NCBI GenBank assembly: GCA_963667015.2
Contig: CAXXJJ010000004.1
Coordinates: 1,920,001-1,984,000 of the forward strand
From: Desulfatiglandales bacterium
GTDB taxonomy: Bacteria > Desulfobacterota > DSM-4660 > Desulfatiglandales > HGW-15
DNA length: 64,000 nt
Direction: 5' to 3'
Shown here: piece by piece, positions 8,078 through 18,487 of the stretch
How positions within the stretch are numbered: the first letter of the stretch is position 1
Layout of the letters: every line of letters starts with the position of its first letter
The notes under the pieces: model-generated
Seen by the model: only the letters and a program-made list of their open reading frames with translations
What the model was told of the DNA's origin: nothing
The model's database searches: none
Made by a program: the position numbers and the translations under genes

Positions 8078-10156
8078 ATGGAAAGAAAAATCGAACAACT
8101 AAGAGATATTGCCCTATTAGCCCATGTTAGTTCAGGAAAGACTTCTCTTGCAGAAGCCATGCTTTTGAATGGTAAATCCACGAACAGACTTGGAAAAGTT
8201 GATGACGGAAGTTCAAACATGGATTATGAACCTGAAGAAATCAAGAGAAAAATCTCTATCAGCTCATCCTTTCACCACTGCGACTGGAAAAAGAACTATA
8301 TCAATATTATAGACACCCCGGGTGATGACAACTTCTTATCAGATTCAAAGGCCGCCCTTCAGGCTGCTGACGGGGCTGTTATAGTAGTTGACGCCACTGC
8401 CGGTGTAAAAATAGGTACGGAAAAGGTATGGCAGTTTGTGGAAGAGAGAGAAATCCCGAAGGCCGTATTTATAAACAAGATGGATAAGGAGCGTGCTGAC
8501 TTCTTTAAGGTTCTGGAAGAGGTCAACTCAACCTTTGATGCCAAGACAGCCCCGATATTTTTACCCATCGGCGCCGAAGATAAATTTGAAGGTGTTGTAG
8601 ATATGCTGAAGATGAAGGCATATAAAGTAAGCAAAGACGGCTCCGGGAAATCCGAGGCAATGGATATCCCTGCTGATATGGCCGATACAGTAGAAGAATG
8701 GCGCGAACAGATGATTGAGAACATCGTCGAGGCCAATGACGAACTCATGGAAAAATACCTTGAAGGTGAAGAGCTTGACAGTAAAGATATAGAAAACACC
8801 TTTTACGAAGGTGTAAAGGCCGGTCAGATAGTTCCGGTATTATGCGGCTCTGCAACCCTTAACATGGGTGTTACCCAGCTAATGGATGTTATAGTCCAAG
8901 GCTTCCCCAATCCTTCGGAAACCGAAGCATGGGAAGGCAGCAAACCTGGCTCTGATGAGGTTATCAAAAGAAAGGCATCAGAGGATGAGCCTTTTTCAGC
9001 TCTTGTTTTTAAAACCCTGGCAGACCCCTTTGCAGGCAAACTGAGCATACTTAAAATAGTTTCAGGAACAGTTGATGCAGACTCAACAGTCTATAATGCC
9101 ACCAAAGACTGCAAGGAAAAATTCGGTCAGCTCTATATACTGGAAGGCAAGAAACAGCAGGCTGTTGAAAAGGCTATTCCGGGCGATATTATTGCCCTTG
9201 CAAAACTTAAAGAAACAATGACTGGAGATACACTTTGTACTGATAAATCCCCTGTGACCTATAAGCAGGTTGAATTTCTTCCTGCCGTAATATCATATGC
9301 TGTTGAGGCAAAGACAAAGGGTACGGAAGACAAGATCTTTTCCTCACTTTCCAGGCTCCTCGAGGAAGACCCCACCCTGAAACTGGACAGAGACCAGACA
9401 ACCGCTGATATTATTCTTTCAGGCACGGGTCAGGGGCATCTCGAAACCACCTGCGAAAAACTCAATCGCAAATTCGGTGTTGAGGTAGTCCTTAAACCTG
9501 TTCAGGTTCCCTACAAGGAAACAATTAAAAAGGCGGCAAAAGGCATTGTATACAGACATAAAAAACAGTCAGGCGGCCGCGGCCAGTTTGCAGAGGTCCA
9601 TTTTGATATCTTCCCCAGGGAAAGGGGCGAAGGATTTGAGTTTGAAGAAGCCCTCGTGGGTATGAATGTTCCCCGTAACTTTGTCCCAGCAGTTGAAAAA
9701 GGACTCCTTGAATCTCTCCCGCTTGGTGTTCAGGCAGGATATCCTGTTGTTGATGTCAAGGTACGTTTTTATGATGGAAAATCACATGATGTAGACTCAT
9801 CTGAAATGGCCTTTAAGATAGCGGCAAGTATGTGTTTTAAAAAAGGCATACAGGAGGCAAGCCCTATTATCCTGGAGCCCGTTATGAAAATGGAGATCAT
9901 CGTGCCTGAGGAAAACATGGGTGATGTAATGGGCGATCTCAATGGACGAAGGGGAAGGGTTCTTGGAATGGACAGCGAGGGCAAATACCAGGTTATCAAG
10001 GCACAGGCGCCCATGTCCGAGGTACTTAAATATGCCCTTGATCTTAATGCCATGACCGCTGGAAGGGGTTCATTCAGGATGGAACACTCTCACTATGAGG
10101 AACTGCCCGCGAACCTGGCGGAAAAGGTAATAGCCGCATCAAAAGCCGAAGAATAA
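8078..10156 (+). CDS. fusA: Elongation factor G paralogue (EF-G2 type)
   Basis: AHVSSGKTS, DTPG, NKMD, HKKQSGGRGQF, HDVDSSEMAF; 692 aa; not in a str operon. Confidence 0.93.
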   Translation: MERKIEQLRDIALLAHVSSGKTSLAEAMLLNGKSTNRLGKVDDGSSNMDYEPEEIKRKISISSSFHHCDWKKNYINIIDTPGDDNFLSDSKAALQAADGAVIVVDATAGVKIGTEKVWQFVEEREIPKAVFINKMDKERADFFKVLEEVNSTFDAKTAPIFLPIGAEDKFEGVVDMLKMKAYKVSKDGSGKSEAMDIPADMADTVEEWREQMIENIVEANDELMEKYLEGEELDSKDIENTFYEGVKAGQIVPVLCGSATLNMGVTQLMDVIVQGFPNPSETEAWEGSKPGSDEVIKRKASEDEPFSALVFKTLADPFAGKLSILKIVSGTVDADSTVYNATKDCKEKFGQLYILEGKKQQAVEKAIPGDIIALAKLKETMTGDTLCTDKSPVTYKQVEFLPAVISYAVEAKTKGTEDKIFSSLSRLLEEDPTLKLDRDQTTADIILSGTGQGHLETTCEKLNRKFGVEVVLKPVQVPYKETIKKAAKGIVYRHKKQSGGRGQFAEVHFDIFPRERGEGFEFEEALVGMNVPRNFVPAVEKGLLESLPLGVQAGYPVVDVKVRFYDGKSHDVDSSEMAFKIAASMCFKKGIQEASPIILEPVMKMEIIVPEENMGDVMGDLNGRRGRVLGMDSEGKYQVIKAQAPMSEVLKYALDLNAMTAGRGSFRMEHSHYEELPANLAEKVIAASKAEE

Positions 10157-10215
10157 TACGAATCCAGTAACTATCGTTTCTGGATACCTAAATATAAAAC
10201 ATTAATAAAGGTAAT

Positions 10216-10713
10216 ATGTCCGATAAATTCAAAGCAGGCGTGCTCACCATGAGCGACAAGGGGGCACGGGGAGAAAGAGTGGATGAAAGCGGTGATCTCG
10301 CCTGCAGAATGCTTGGGGACCATGGCTTTGAAGTGGCCTTAAAGGAGATTGTCCCGGACAGAAGAGAAGAAATTATTAACACACTCATAGACTGGTGTGA
10401 CAATAAAAAATTATCCCTTATTGTCACATCCGGGGGCACAGGACTAAGCCCAACGGATGTGACACCCCAGGCCATGCAGGGTGTTATAGAGTATGAAGTT
10501 CCCGGAATTGCAGAGGCCATGAGGGCAGCAAGCCTTTTAAAAACACCCCATGCAATGATATCAAGGGCAATGGCAGGCGTAAGGGAAAAATGCCTTATAA
10601 TCAACCTGCCGGGAAGCCCGAAAGGTGTAAAAGAGAATCTTGAGGTTGTCCTCCCTGCGTTGGAACATGCTCTCTCAAAACTATCGGGAGACACAACTGA
10701 CTGTGCCAGATGA
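10216..10713 (+). CDS. mog: Molybdopterin adenylyltransferase, MogA/MoaB family
   Basis: TSGGTGLSPTDVTP, NLPGSPKGV. Confidence 0.9.
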   Translation: MSDKFKAGVLTMSDKGARGERVDESGDLACRMLGDHGFEVALKEIVPDRREEIINTLIDWCDNKKLSLIVTSGGTGLSPTDVTPQAMQGVIEYEVPGIAEAMRAASLLKTPHAMISRAMAGVREKCLIINLPGSPKGVKENLEVVLPALEHALSKLSGDTTDCAR

Positions 10714-10858
10714 CATAGAGCCTTAGACAAACCATCATTTATACCAATCATTTTTTCTAAAATTATCAATTTGTTAAGAAAGCCGTGTTGCATATTATTC
10801 AGGCGTGATTATTGTTATATCATGATAGGGAAAAGGTTTTAAACGCCTTATCAGTCAA

Positions 10859-10906
10859 GGTCCCTGAGTTTTCACCCTCCTTTCTCCTCTCAGGGACCCC
10901 CCTTTT
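10859..10906 (+). ncRNA. Possible small RNA hairpin with CU-rich (anti-SD-like) loop
   Basis: GGTCCCTGAG / CTCAGGGACC 10-bp stem, loop TTTTCACCCTCCTTTCTCCT, followed by CCCCTTTT. Confidence 0.35.
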
Positions 10907-11067
10907 AATTCTTAAAAACCACAAATAGATTGAAAAAATACTATCATTTTTGAAAGAGATTTAGTATGCTTGCGAAGTTTTTTTACCCAGCAGATGGACT
11001 AATGGGGTTTAAAATATAAAACCCAAAAAAATACCAAAGTTTTTCATAATAATTTAGGGAGGTTATA

Positions 11068-11673
11068 ATGAATCTTAAACATAAGCCCAGGGGTTTTTCT
11101 CGAATCTTTTTAGCTTTGTTTTTCCTTCTCATCGCTGGTTCTTTTATAGTCTCAAACGGTTCCATGATATATGCCGATGACGAGAATGAGTCTGGAGTAA
11201 CTGTTCAGAATACTGATGATGAAAAAATGACTGAAGAGATGGCTCAGAAAATAAAAGAAATGATGATAATTACCATCGACAACAAGGGCTATAAAAAGGA
11301 TAGAAAAGGTCCGGCTAAATTTGAACATGTCAAACATGCCAGGGAATATGCGATCTCATGCTGGGAATGCCATCATGAATACAATAAAGATGAGCAGGTA
11401 AAACAGCCTGAAAAGGCCGAGGCGACTGAAGGCTCTGAACAGATGGCAAAAGATGAAAAGCCTTTACCTAAAGAACGGACTGATCAGAATATCTGGTCGC
11501 CCTGGGGAATAACAAAAAAATGTTCCGAATGTCATGACCCGCAGGAAAAGAAAGATGACGTAATAAAGCTTCAGGCCGCTTATCATAAAAACTGCAAAAA
11601 CTGTCACATGGACAGAAAAATATATGGGAGTGATGTCCTGGCCTACAGAAAGTGCACAAGCTGTCATGAATAG
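11068..11673 (+). CDS. Tetrahaem cytochrome c3 (class III) family protein with signal peptide
   Basis: FEHVKH, CWECHH, CSECH, AYHKNCKNCH, CTSCH; N-terminal hydrophobic segment. Confidence 0.9.
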   Translation: MNLKHKPRGFSRIFLALFFLLIAGSFIVSNGSMIYADDENESGVTVQNTDDEKMTEEMAQKIKEMMIITIDNKGYKKDRKGPAKFEHVKHAREYAISCWECHHEYNKDEQVKQPEKAEATEGSEQMAKDEKPLPKERTDQNIWSPWGITKKCSECHDPQEKKDDVIKLQAAYHKNCKNCHMDRKIYGSDVLAYRKCTSCHE

Positions 11674-11748
11674 GGCTTACTGTATATCTTTCTGATTTGG
11701 AATTTTAGAATATCCCGGCGAAAGCCGTGATTTCCCATAAAAAAGAAT

Positions 11749-11778
11749 AAAAACCCCGGCTAAAGCCGGGGTTTTTTT
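11749..11778. terminator. Bidirectional intrinsic terminator
   Basis: AAAAACCCCGGC-TAAA-GCCGGGGTTTTTTT. Confidence 0.75.
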
Positions 11779-11923
11779 ATATGAAAAACCTCTGACGGGC
11801 CTGTTACACTCTTCCCGCTTTATCGGAATATGACAAATAAAATCATGATCCATCCCGGGCAACCTGGTTGCATTTAACTCACAAAGAATTGAATTTAAGC
11901 ATAATTTATATATAATAATCAAC

Positions 11924-13480
11924 ATGACAAAAACAGACACTACAAAATACAAATTGACGCTCAGGTCATTAACCAGTCAGGACTACCCCCATATCAAGCG
12001 AATAATGAATATTGTATATGCCGATATCGGCGGTGCATGGAGCCCCGGTGAATTTGGTACCCTGATCGACAATTTCCCTGAAGGACAGATCTGTATTGAA
12101 GACAGCGGAAAGGTAGTTGCAGCAGCACTTGCCATTCGTGTTAATGCAGAGGAATATGAGAACCGGCACTCCTACGATGACCTTGTGGATAAAGGACGTA
12201 TGTCCGGTCACGACCCTGAAGGAGATGCACTTTACGGGCTCGATCTTTTTGTAGATCCGGAATACAGAGGTCTGCGGCTGGGAAGGCGCCTGTATGATGC
12301 AAGGAAGGAGCTTTGCGAAAAGCTGAATTTAAAGGCCATCATTTTCGGAGGAAGGATTCCGGGATATGGGGAACATTCGGGAGAAATGACTCCCCAGGAT
12401 TATATACAGAAGGTCAAAGACAACGAGATATATGATCCTGTTCTATCTTTTCAGATCTCAAATGATTTTCATATCAAGAAGGTAATGAAGAATTACATCC
12501 CTGAGGATACCAAATCCGACTCCTACGGCGTTTTGATGGAGTGGAACAACATCTATTATGAAAAGAAACAGAAGCTGTTTGGAGGCAGAAAATCATTTCC
12601 GCGTATCAGTGTTGTACAATGGCAGATGCGCCCGTTTACCCATCTTGATGAATTTCTGCAGCAGGCGGAATTTTTCATAGACGCGGTGGCCGGATATAAT
12701 TCCGACCTTGTATTATTCCCTGAACTGCTTAACGCTCCTCTTCTTAAAAATTTCAACCAGGAAAATCCTGCAGAGGCAATGCGCTCTCTGTCAGAGTATA
12801 CCGATGACATACGTACTGCATTTGTTAACATGGCCATAACCTACAACGTCAATATAGTCGCCGGCAGCATACCTGAACTGAGGGATGACTCCCTTTATAA
12901 TGTTTCATTTCTGTGCCGCCGCGATGGGACATGGGATGCCCAGTACAAGATACATATAACCCCGGATGAATCCCAGTACTGGGGCCTTCGGGGTGGAGAT
13001 GAAATTCGTGTATTTGATACGGATATAGGAAAGATCGGTATACTGATCTGCTATGATGTGGAATTTCCCGAACTTGCACGATATCTTGTCGACAGGGGAA
13101 TGACCCTTCTCCTGGTTCCATACTGGACTGACACCAAAAACGGATATCTCAGGGTAAGAAGGTGCGCTCAGGCCAGGGCCATTGAAAACGAGTGTTATGT
13201 TGCCATTTCAGGAAGCGTCGGCAACCTTCCAAAGGTAGAAAATATGGACATCCAGTATTCACAGTCTGCCATATTTACACCTTCGGACTTCGCCTTTCCC
13301 CATGACGCCATCGCAGCAGAAGCCACCCCCAATACTGAAATGACCCTCATGGTGGACCTGGATCTTGACCTGTTAAAGGAACTGAGACAGCAGGGAAGTG
13401 TAAGGAATCTCGAGAGCAGACGCAAGGAATTATACGAAATAACCTGGAAACCTGCCATAAACAGCAGGGATAAAAAATGA
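11924..13480 (+). CDS. Bifunctional GNAT acetyltransferase / carbon-nitrogen hydrolase
   Basis: VDPEYRGLRLGRRLY; nitrilase triad LFPE, QYKIH, ICYDVEFPE. Confidence 0.92.
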   Translation: MTKTDTTKYKLTLRSLTSQDYPHIKRIMNIVYADIGGAWSPGEFGTLIDNFPEGQICIEDSGKVVAAALAIRVNAEEYENRHSYDDLVDKGRMSGHDPEGDALYGLDLFVDPEYRGLRLGRRLYDARKELCEKLNLKAIIFGGRIPGYGEHSGEMTPQDYIQKVKDNEIYDPVLSFQISNDFHIKKVMKNYIPEDTKSDSYGVLMEWNNIYYEKKQKLFGGRKSFPRISVVQWQMRPFTHLDEFLQQAEFFIDAVAGYNSDLVLFPELLNAPLLKNFNQENPAEAMRSLSEYTDDIRTAFVNMAITYNVNIVAGSIPELRDDSLYNVSFLCRRDGTWDAQYKIHITPDESQYWGLRGGDEIRVFDTDIGKIGILICYDVEFPELARYLVDRGMTLLLVPYWTDTKNGYLRVRRCAQARAIENECYVAISGSVGNLPKVENMDIQYSQSAIFTPSDFAFPHDAIAAEATPNTEMTLMVDLDLDLLKELRQQGSVRNLESRRKELYEITWKPAINSRDKK

Positions 13481-13510
13481 ACTATCCCTCCGCAAGCAGC
13501 GGGATATCAA
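13478..13510. repeat. Degenerate palindromic element between convergent genes (related copy at 57495-57527)
   Basis: TGAACTATCCCTCCGCAAGCAGCGGGATA vs TGAAATACCCCGCCATAAGAGACGAGGTATT. Confidence 0.4.
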
Positions 13511-13564
13511 ATAAGAACACAATACCTTAACCCGGAAATCAGGCAGTCATGAGTTTCAGGTAAG

Positions 13565-15103
13565 CTACAGCGGTATATTCCCGTGCTTTTTGGCAGGATT
13601 TGAATCCTGCTTGTCTTTAAGCAGCTTCAGGGCATTGATTATTCTGGGCCTGGTTCGTGCCGGCTCTATTATGTCGTCTATATAACCCCGTTTTGCCGCT
13701 ACAAGAGGATTGGCTACCAGTTCCGAATATTCCCTCTCCCTTTCGGCAAGAAAGGCATCCCGGTCATCCTGAAAATAATTATTATAGAGCACCTCAACCG
13801 CACCCTTTGCACCCATAACCGCTATTTCAGCCGTGGGCCAGGCATAGTTGATGTCGCCTCTCAGATGTTTGGATGACATAACACAGTAGGCACCGCCATA
13901 GGCCTTGCGGGTAATAATAGTCACCTTGGGCACTGTTGCTTCGGCATAGGCATATAACATCTTTGCGCCGTTTCTAATTATTCCGTTGTATTCCTGGACC
14001 GTTCCCGGAAGAAAACCCGGAACATCCACAAATGTTATCACAGGGATATTAAAACAGTCACAGAACCTTACAAACCTTGCGCCCTTTATCGAAGAATTAT
14101 TATCAAGCACACCTGCCAGAAAGCGGGGCTGATTTGCCACTATACCGACCGGAAAACCGCCGTACCTGGCAAATCCGACAATAAGGTTGGGAGCATATTT
14201 TTTATGCACCTCGAGAAATTTGCCACTATCAACCGTTCGGGTGATAATCTCCTTCATGTCATAAACCCGGGCAGGATTATCGGGCACAATACTGTTCAGA
14301 TCAGGATCTCTCCTCTCATCAGGATCATTGCATTCCGCCCATGGAGGTTTCTCCCTGTTGCTCTGGGGGAAGTATGACAGCATTTCCCTTACATACTCTA
14401 TGGCCTCCTCATCCGATTTTACCGAATGATGGGCTACTCCGCTCTTTGCGGTGTGTACCGATGCCCCGCCAAGATCCTCGATACTAACATCTTCATGGGT
14501 TACTGCCTTAACCACCCTCGGTCCGGTCAAAAACATATACCCGTTATCCTGGACCATAACAGTAAAATCGGTAAGCGCAGGAGAATAGACTGCTCCGCCT
14601 GCGCATGGTCCTAAAACAATAGAGATCTGGGGCACTACCCCTGAGGACATGACATTTCTTAAAAAAATATCAGTATAACCTGCGAGGCTTTCGATGCCTT
14701 CCTGTATCCTTGCCCCTCCCGAATCATTAAAGCCTATTACAGGAGCGCCGTTTTTCATTGCCATATCCATAACCTTGCAGATCTTTTCTGCAAAGGTCTC
14801 GGAAAGGCTGCCCCCGAAGACTGTCATATCATGGGAAAAGATATAGACAGGCCTGCCGTTCACGGTACCGTGACCAGTAACCACACCGTCTCCAAGTATC
14901 TCTTTATTTTCCATCCCGAAATTGCGGCACCGATGGGTCTTGAAGGTATCAAACTCTTCAAAACTCCCCTTATCAAGAAGAAGCTCTATTCGTTCCCTTG
15001 CGGTAAGCTTTCCCTTTGCCTTGTGCTTTTTGATCCGGTCAGGTCCTCCGCCAAGGGCGGCCTGTTCACGCAGCCGCATCAACTCATTCATTTTGTCTGT
15101 CAT
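13565..15103 (-). CDS. Acyl-CoA carboxylase carboxyltransferase subunit (propionyl-CoA carboxylase beta / methylmalonyl-CoA decarboxylase alpha)
   Basis: [45 protein letters not shown]. Confidence 0.93.
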   Translation of the reverse strand: MTDKMNELMRLREQAALGGGPDRIKKHKAKGKLTARERIELLLDKGSFEEFDTFKTHRCRNFGMENKEILGDGVVTGHGTVNGRPVYIFSHDMTVFGGSLSETFAEKICKVMDMAMKNGAPVIGFNDSGGARIQEGIESLAGYTDIFLRNVMSSGVVPQISIVLGPCAGGAVYSPALTDFTVMVQDNGYMFLTGPRVVKAVTHEDVSIEDLGGASVHTAKSGVAHHSVKSDEEAIEYVREMLSYFPQSNREKPPWAECNDPDERRDPDLNSIVPDNPARVYDMKEIITRTVDSGKFLEVHKKYAPNLIVGFARYGGFPVGIVANQPRFLAGVLDNNSSIKGARFVRFCDCFNIPVITFVDVPGFLPGTVQEYNGIIRNGAKMLYAYAEATVPKVTIITRKAYGGAYCVMSSKHLRGDINYAWPTAEIAVMGAKGAVEVLYNNYFQDDRDAFLAEREREYSELVANPLVAAKRGYIDDIIEPARTRPRIINALKLLKDKQDSNPAKKHGNIPL

Positions 15104-15115
15104 AAGCCGGTCCTG

Positions 15116-15523
15116 TTATTCGTCCTCTTTACAGCAGAACTCTGTCAACACTCCGCATGTTGATTTCGGATGGAGGAAAGCAACTTTTTTGCCCCCTGCC
15201 CCTTCCACAGGGATCTTGTTTATAAGGCTGCACCCGCACTTTTCCGCCTGGCCGAGCTGTCCTTCCACGCTGTCCGTCTGAAAAGCGATGTGATGCACTC
15301 CTTCACCATTTTTGCCCAGAAATTTGGCAACAGCACTCTCTTCCGAGGTTGGCTCAAGTAATTCAATGTGGACTTCACCCACCGAGTAAAATGCTGTCTT
15401 TACCTTCTGGGATTCCACTGTTTCAACACCTTCACATGTAAGCCCCAGCGTGTTCTCAAAATAATCCCTGGCCTGTTCAATAGACGTTACCGCAATTCCT
15501 ATATGATCAATCTTCTTTATCAT
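15116..15523 (-). CDS. mce: Methylmalonyl-CoA epimerase
   Basis: IDHIGIAV, IELLEP, GVHHIAF, FLHPKSTCGVLTE. Confidence 0.93.
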   Translation of the reverse strand: MIKKIDHIGIAVTSIEQARDYFENTLGLTCEGVETVESQKVKTAFYSVGEVHIELLEPTSEESAVAKFLGKNGEGVHHIAFQTDSVEGQLGQAEKCGCSLINKIPVEGAGGKKVAFLHPKSTCGVLTEFCCKEDE

Positions 15524-15525
15524 GT

Positions 15526-17175
15526 CTACCCCCTGTACCTGTACTCGCCAAACACATCACGAAGCACACCGCATATCTCCCCAAGTGTGGCATATTCCCT
15601 TACGGCTGCCAGTATCGGAGGCATCAGGTTGCTGTCACCCTTTGCAGCATCTCTGAGCACTGAAAGGGTCGCTTCCACCTTTTCCTTATTTCTGCCTTCC
15701 TTAAGAATTTTCAGGCCTTCTACCTGGTTATCCTCTACCTCGGGATCAATCTTTAAGACCGGTGGTTTGAATTCTTCCTCAACCTTAAACTTATTCATTC
15801 CGACGATAATACGCTCCTGGCTTTCTATCTCCTTCTGGTATTCATAGGCGGATTTTTCGATGTGTCTCTGTATGAAACCCTTTTCTATACTTGCAACAAC
15901 ACCGCCTTCCTTTTCAACCTGCGCCATGAGTTCGACTGCCTGCTTCTCGATTTTATCGGTCAGTTCTTCTATAAAATAAGAGCCGGCAAGGGGATCAATC
16001 GTATCTGCAACGCCTGATTCATGGGCAATTATCTGCTGAGTCCTGAGTGCGGTCCTTACCGAATCCTCGGTCGGAAGACCAAGCGCCTCATCCTTTGAAT
16101 TGGTATGCAGGGATTGTGTCCCTCCCAGCACGGCTGCAAGGGCCTGGATTGTTACCCTCACAATGTTGTTGTCCACCTGCTGGGCAGTGAGTGTGTTACC
16201 TGCCGTCTGCGTATGGAAGCGCATCATCTGGCTTGCAGGCTTTTTGGCCCCGAATCTTTCTTTCATTATCTTTGCCCAGAGTCTTCTGGCGGCCCTGAAC
16301 TTGGCTACCTCTTCCAGGATGTTTGATGAGGCGTTAAAGAAAAAGGCAAGCCTGGTTGCAAAGGTATCTATTTCAAGGCCAGCATCTATTGCGGACTGCA
16401 CATAGGTGCATGCATTTGCAAGCGTAAAGGCGACCTCTTCAACGGCCGTGGAGCCCGCTTCCCTTATATGGTATCCCGATATTGAGATAGTGTTAAAAGA
16501 GGGGAGATTCTGACTGCAGTACTGAAAAATATCCGTGATCAGTTTGAGACTGGGCTTTGGCGGAAAGATATATGTTCCTCTTGCAACATACTCCTTCAGG
16601 ACATCATTCTGTATTGTGCCCTTTAATTTATCCGCAGAAACGCCCTGCTTCTCGCCAAGGGCGATATACATTGCAAGAAGTACTGCAGCAGGGGCATTTA
16701 TGGTCATGGATGTTGATATCTTATCAAGGGGGATTCCCTTAAATAAAACTTCCATATCCGCAAGCGAATCAATAGCAACACCTACTTTCCCTACTTCACC
16801 GGCACTCATGGGATCATCCGAGTCATAGCCGATCTGTGTGGGCAGATCAAATGCTATCGAGAGCCCTGTCGTGCCCTGATCGAGAAGGTATCTGAACCTG
16901 TTGTTTGTTTCAGCCGCGGTTGAAAAACCCGCATACTGACGCATTGTCCACAAACGTCCCCGATACATGGTAGGCTGTACACCTCTTGTAAAAGGATATC
17001 TGCCGGGGAATCCCTGTTCGGAAATATAATTATCATCTATATCTGCAGGAAAGGAAATCCTTGGAATCTCCTCCTGGCCGTGGTTAATAAACCGCTCTTT
17101 GCGCTCGGGAAACCTGGCAGTACTTTTTGCCAGCTCGTTTTCTTCCCATTCCTTAATTCTAGCGTCCTTACTCAT
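15526..17175 (-). CDS. Methylmalonyl-CoA mutase, substrate-binding (large) subunit
   Basis: [18 protein letters not shown] (Tyr specificity residue typical of MCM, not ICM), [21 protein letters not shown]. Confidence 0.92.
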   Translation of the reverse strand: MSKDARIKEWEENELAKSTARFPERKERFINHGQEEIPRISFPADIDDNYISEQGFPGRYPFTRGVQPTMYRGRLWTMRQYAGFSTAAETNNRFRYLLDQGTTGLSIAFDLPTQIGYDSDDPMSAGEVGKVGVAIDSLADMEVLFKGIPLDKISTSMTINAPAAVLLAMYIALGEKQGVSADKLKGTIQNDVLKEYVARGTYIFPPKPSLKLITDIFQYCSQNLPSFNTISISGYHIREAGSTAVEEVAFTLANACTYVQSAIDAGLEIDTFATRLAFFFNASSNILEEVAKFRAARRLWAKIMKERFGAKKPASQMMRFHTQTAGNTLTAQQVDNNIVRVTIQALAAVLGGTQSLHTNSKDEALGLPTEDSVRTALRTQQIIAHESGVADTIDPLAGSYFIEELTDKIEKQAVELMAQVEKEGGVVASIEKGFIQRHIEKSAYEYQKEIESQERIIVGMNKFKVEEEFKPPVLKIDPEVEDNQVEGLKILKEGRNKEKVEATLSVLRDAAKGDSNLMPPILAAVREYATLGEICGVLRDVFGEYRYRG

Positions 17176-17217
17176 GGTGATCCTTTTCTATATTAACAGT
17201 TCGTTCTTCATTACGGG

Positions 17218-17631
17218 TTAGCTGTAAAACGCATCACAGGCAACTTTAAATGCCTCGATTATTTCAGCAAGGGATGCCCCGGGAGTAAACACTCCCTCTA
17301 TTCCGGCCTTTTTAAGTACCTCAATATCGTCATCAGGGATAATACCGCCGCCAAGCACTTTAATATCCTCTGCCCCTGCCTTTTTCAGCTCATCAATGAC
17401 AGCTGGAAAAAGCCTGAGATGTGCGCCTGACAGGGAAGAAAGACCGATAACCGCCACATCCTCCTGAACAGCTGTTGCAACGATCTCCCGTGGAGACTGC
17501 CGGATACCCGTGTAAATAACCTCAAACTCATTATCCCTCAGTGCCCTTGCTATTATTTTGGCTCCCCGGTCATGACCGTCCAGGCCGGGTTTTGCAATTA
17601 AAACTCTATATTTTACTTTTTTATCGTTCAT
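17218..17631 (-). CDS. Methylmalonyl-CoA mutase cobalamin-binding (small) subunit
   Basis: [25 protein letters not shown]. Confidence 0.92.
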   Translation of the reverse strand: MNDKKVKYRVLIAKPGLDGHDRGAKIIARALRDNEFEVIYTGIRQSPREIVATAVQEDVAVIGLSSLSGAHLRLFPAVIDELKKAGAEDIKVLGGGIIPDDDIEVLKKAGIEGVFTPGASLAEIIEAFKVACDAFYS

Positions 17632-17656
17632 GTATTCCTCAATTAAAAAACTAAAA

Positions 17657-18487
17657 TTACTTTTTTTTGCCGATTATACCCTGCCTGTAGGCCGAGGTAA
17701 AATTGCGGCAAAATCTGTCCCTGCCCAGTACAACATCAGCGGCATAGATAATGCTTTTCAGGTCTGTATTTTCAGGATCTACAATCGCACTGTCCATTCC
17801 TGCTGCAATTGCAAGGACAGCAAATGCCTGGTTAATGACCGATCTTGCAGGCAGCCCGAAGGATATATTACTTAAACCTCCGGTGATATGTACATCGGGA
17901 TATTTTTCAAGAATCTTCCGCATGGATTCAAATGCAATATTGCCGCTCTTCGTATCTGTTGATACGGTTCCTACCAGTGGATCAATGTGCAGCTTGCTGT
18001 CAGCAAGGCCTCCCTCCCTGGTCATTGCAATGAGCCTGTCCAGAATTTCCATCCGCTTTTCAACGGTTGTTGGGATACCGTCATCATCGCATGTCAGAAC
18101 AATCAGCTCGGTCTGATGTTCGCATGCAAGGGGAAGGACCCCATTTACACGTATTTTCTCACCGCTAAGTGAATTTATCATGGGGGTTTTCTTTACAACA
18201 GTAAAACCTGCCTTCAGGGCCTCGGGATTGGCGGAATCAAGACAAAGTGTAGCGTCAGTAACCTCCTGAACCGTGTTTATCAGCCAGATCATGTCTTCCG
18301 GTTCCTTTTCGGGAGCTGTCCCGGCATTAACATCAAGAAAATCAACACCTGCATTTACCTGCCTTAATGCAAGGTCTTTAATAAAATCTGCATCTTTTGC
18401 AGCAATCGCTTCCTTTACCCGTTTACGGGTTCCGTTTATTTTTTCTCCAATAACGATCATATTATTATCCCTTTCTTCGAATATCAT
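17657..18487 (-). CDS. Methyltetrahydrofolate:corrinoid methyltransferase (AcsE-like, pterin-binding fold)
   Basis: [37 protein letters not shown]; alternative start at 18460. Confidence 0.88.
   Translation of the reverse strand: MIFEERDNNMIVIGEKINGTRKRVKEAIAAKDADFIKDLALRQVNAGVDFLDVNAGTAPEKEPEDMIWLINTVQEVTDATLCLDSANPEALKAGFTVVKKTPMINSLSGEKIRVNGVLPLACEHQTELIVLTCDDDGIPTTVEKRMEILDRLIAMTREGGLADSKLHIDPLVGTVSTDTKSGNIAFESMRKILEKYPDVHITGGLSNISFGLPARSVINQAFAVLAIAAGMDSAIVDPENTDLKSIIYAADVVLGRDRFCRNFTSAYRQGIIGKKK

Noticed and set aside
15526..17175. Isobutyryl-CoA or 2-hydroxyisobutyryl-CoA mutase
   Set aside because: The RQY motif has Tyr and an epimerase is adjacent, favouring methylmalonyl-CoA mutase
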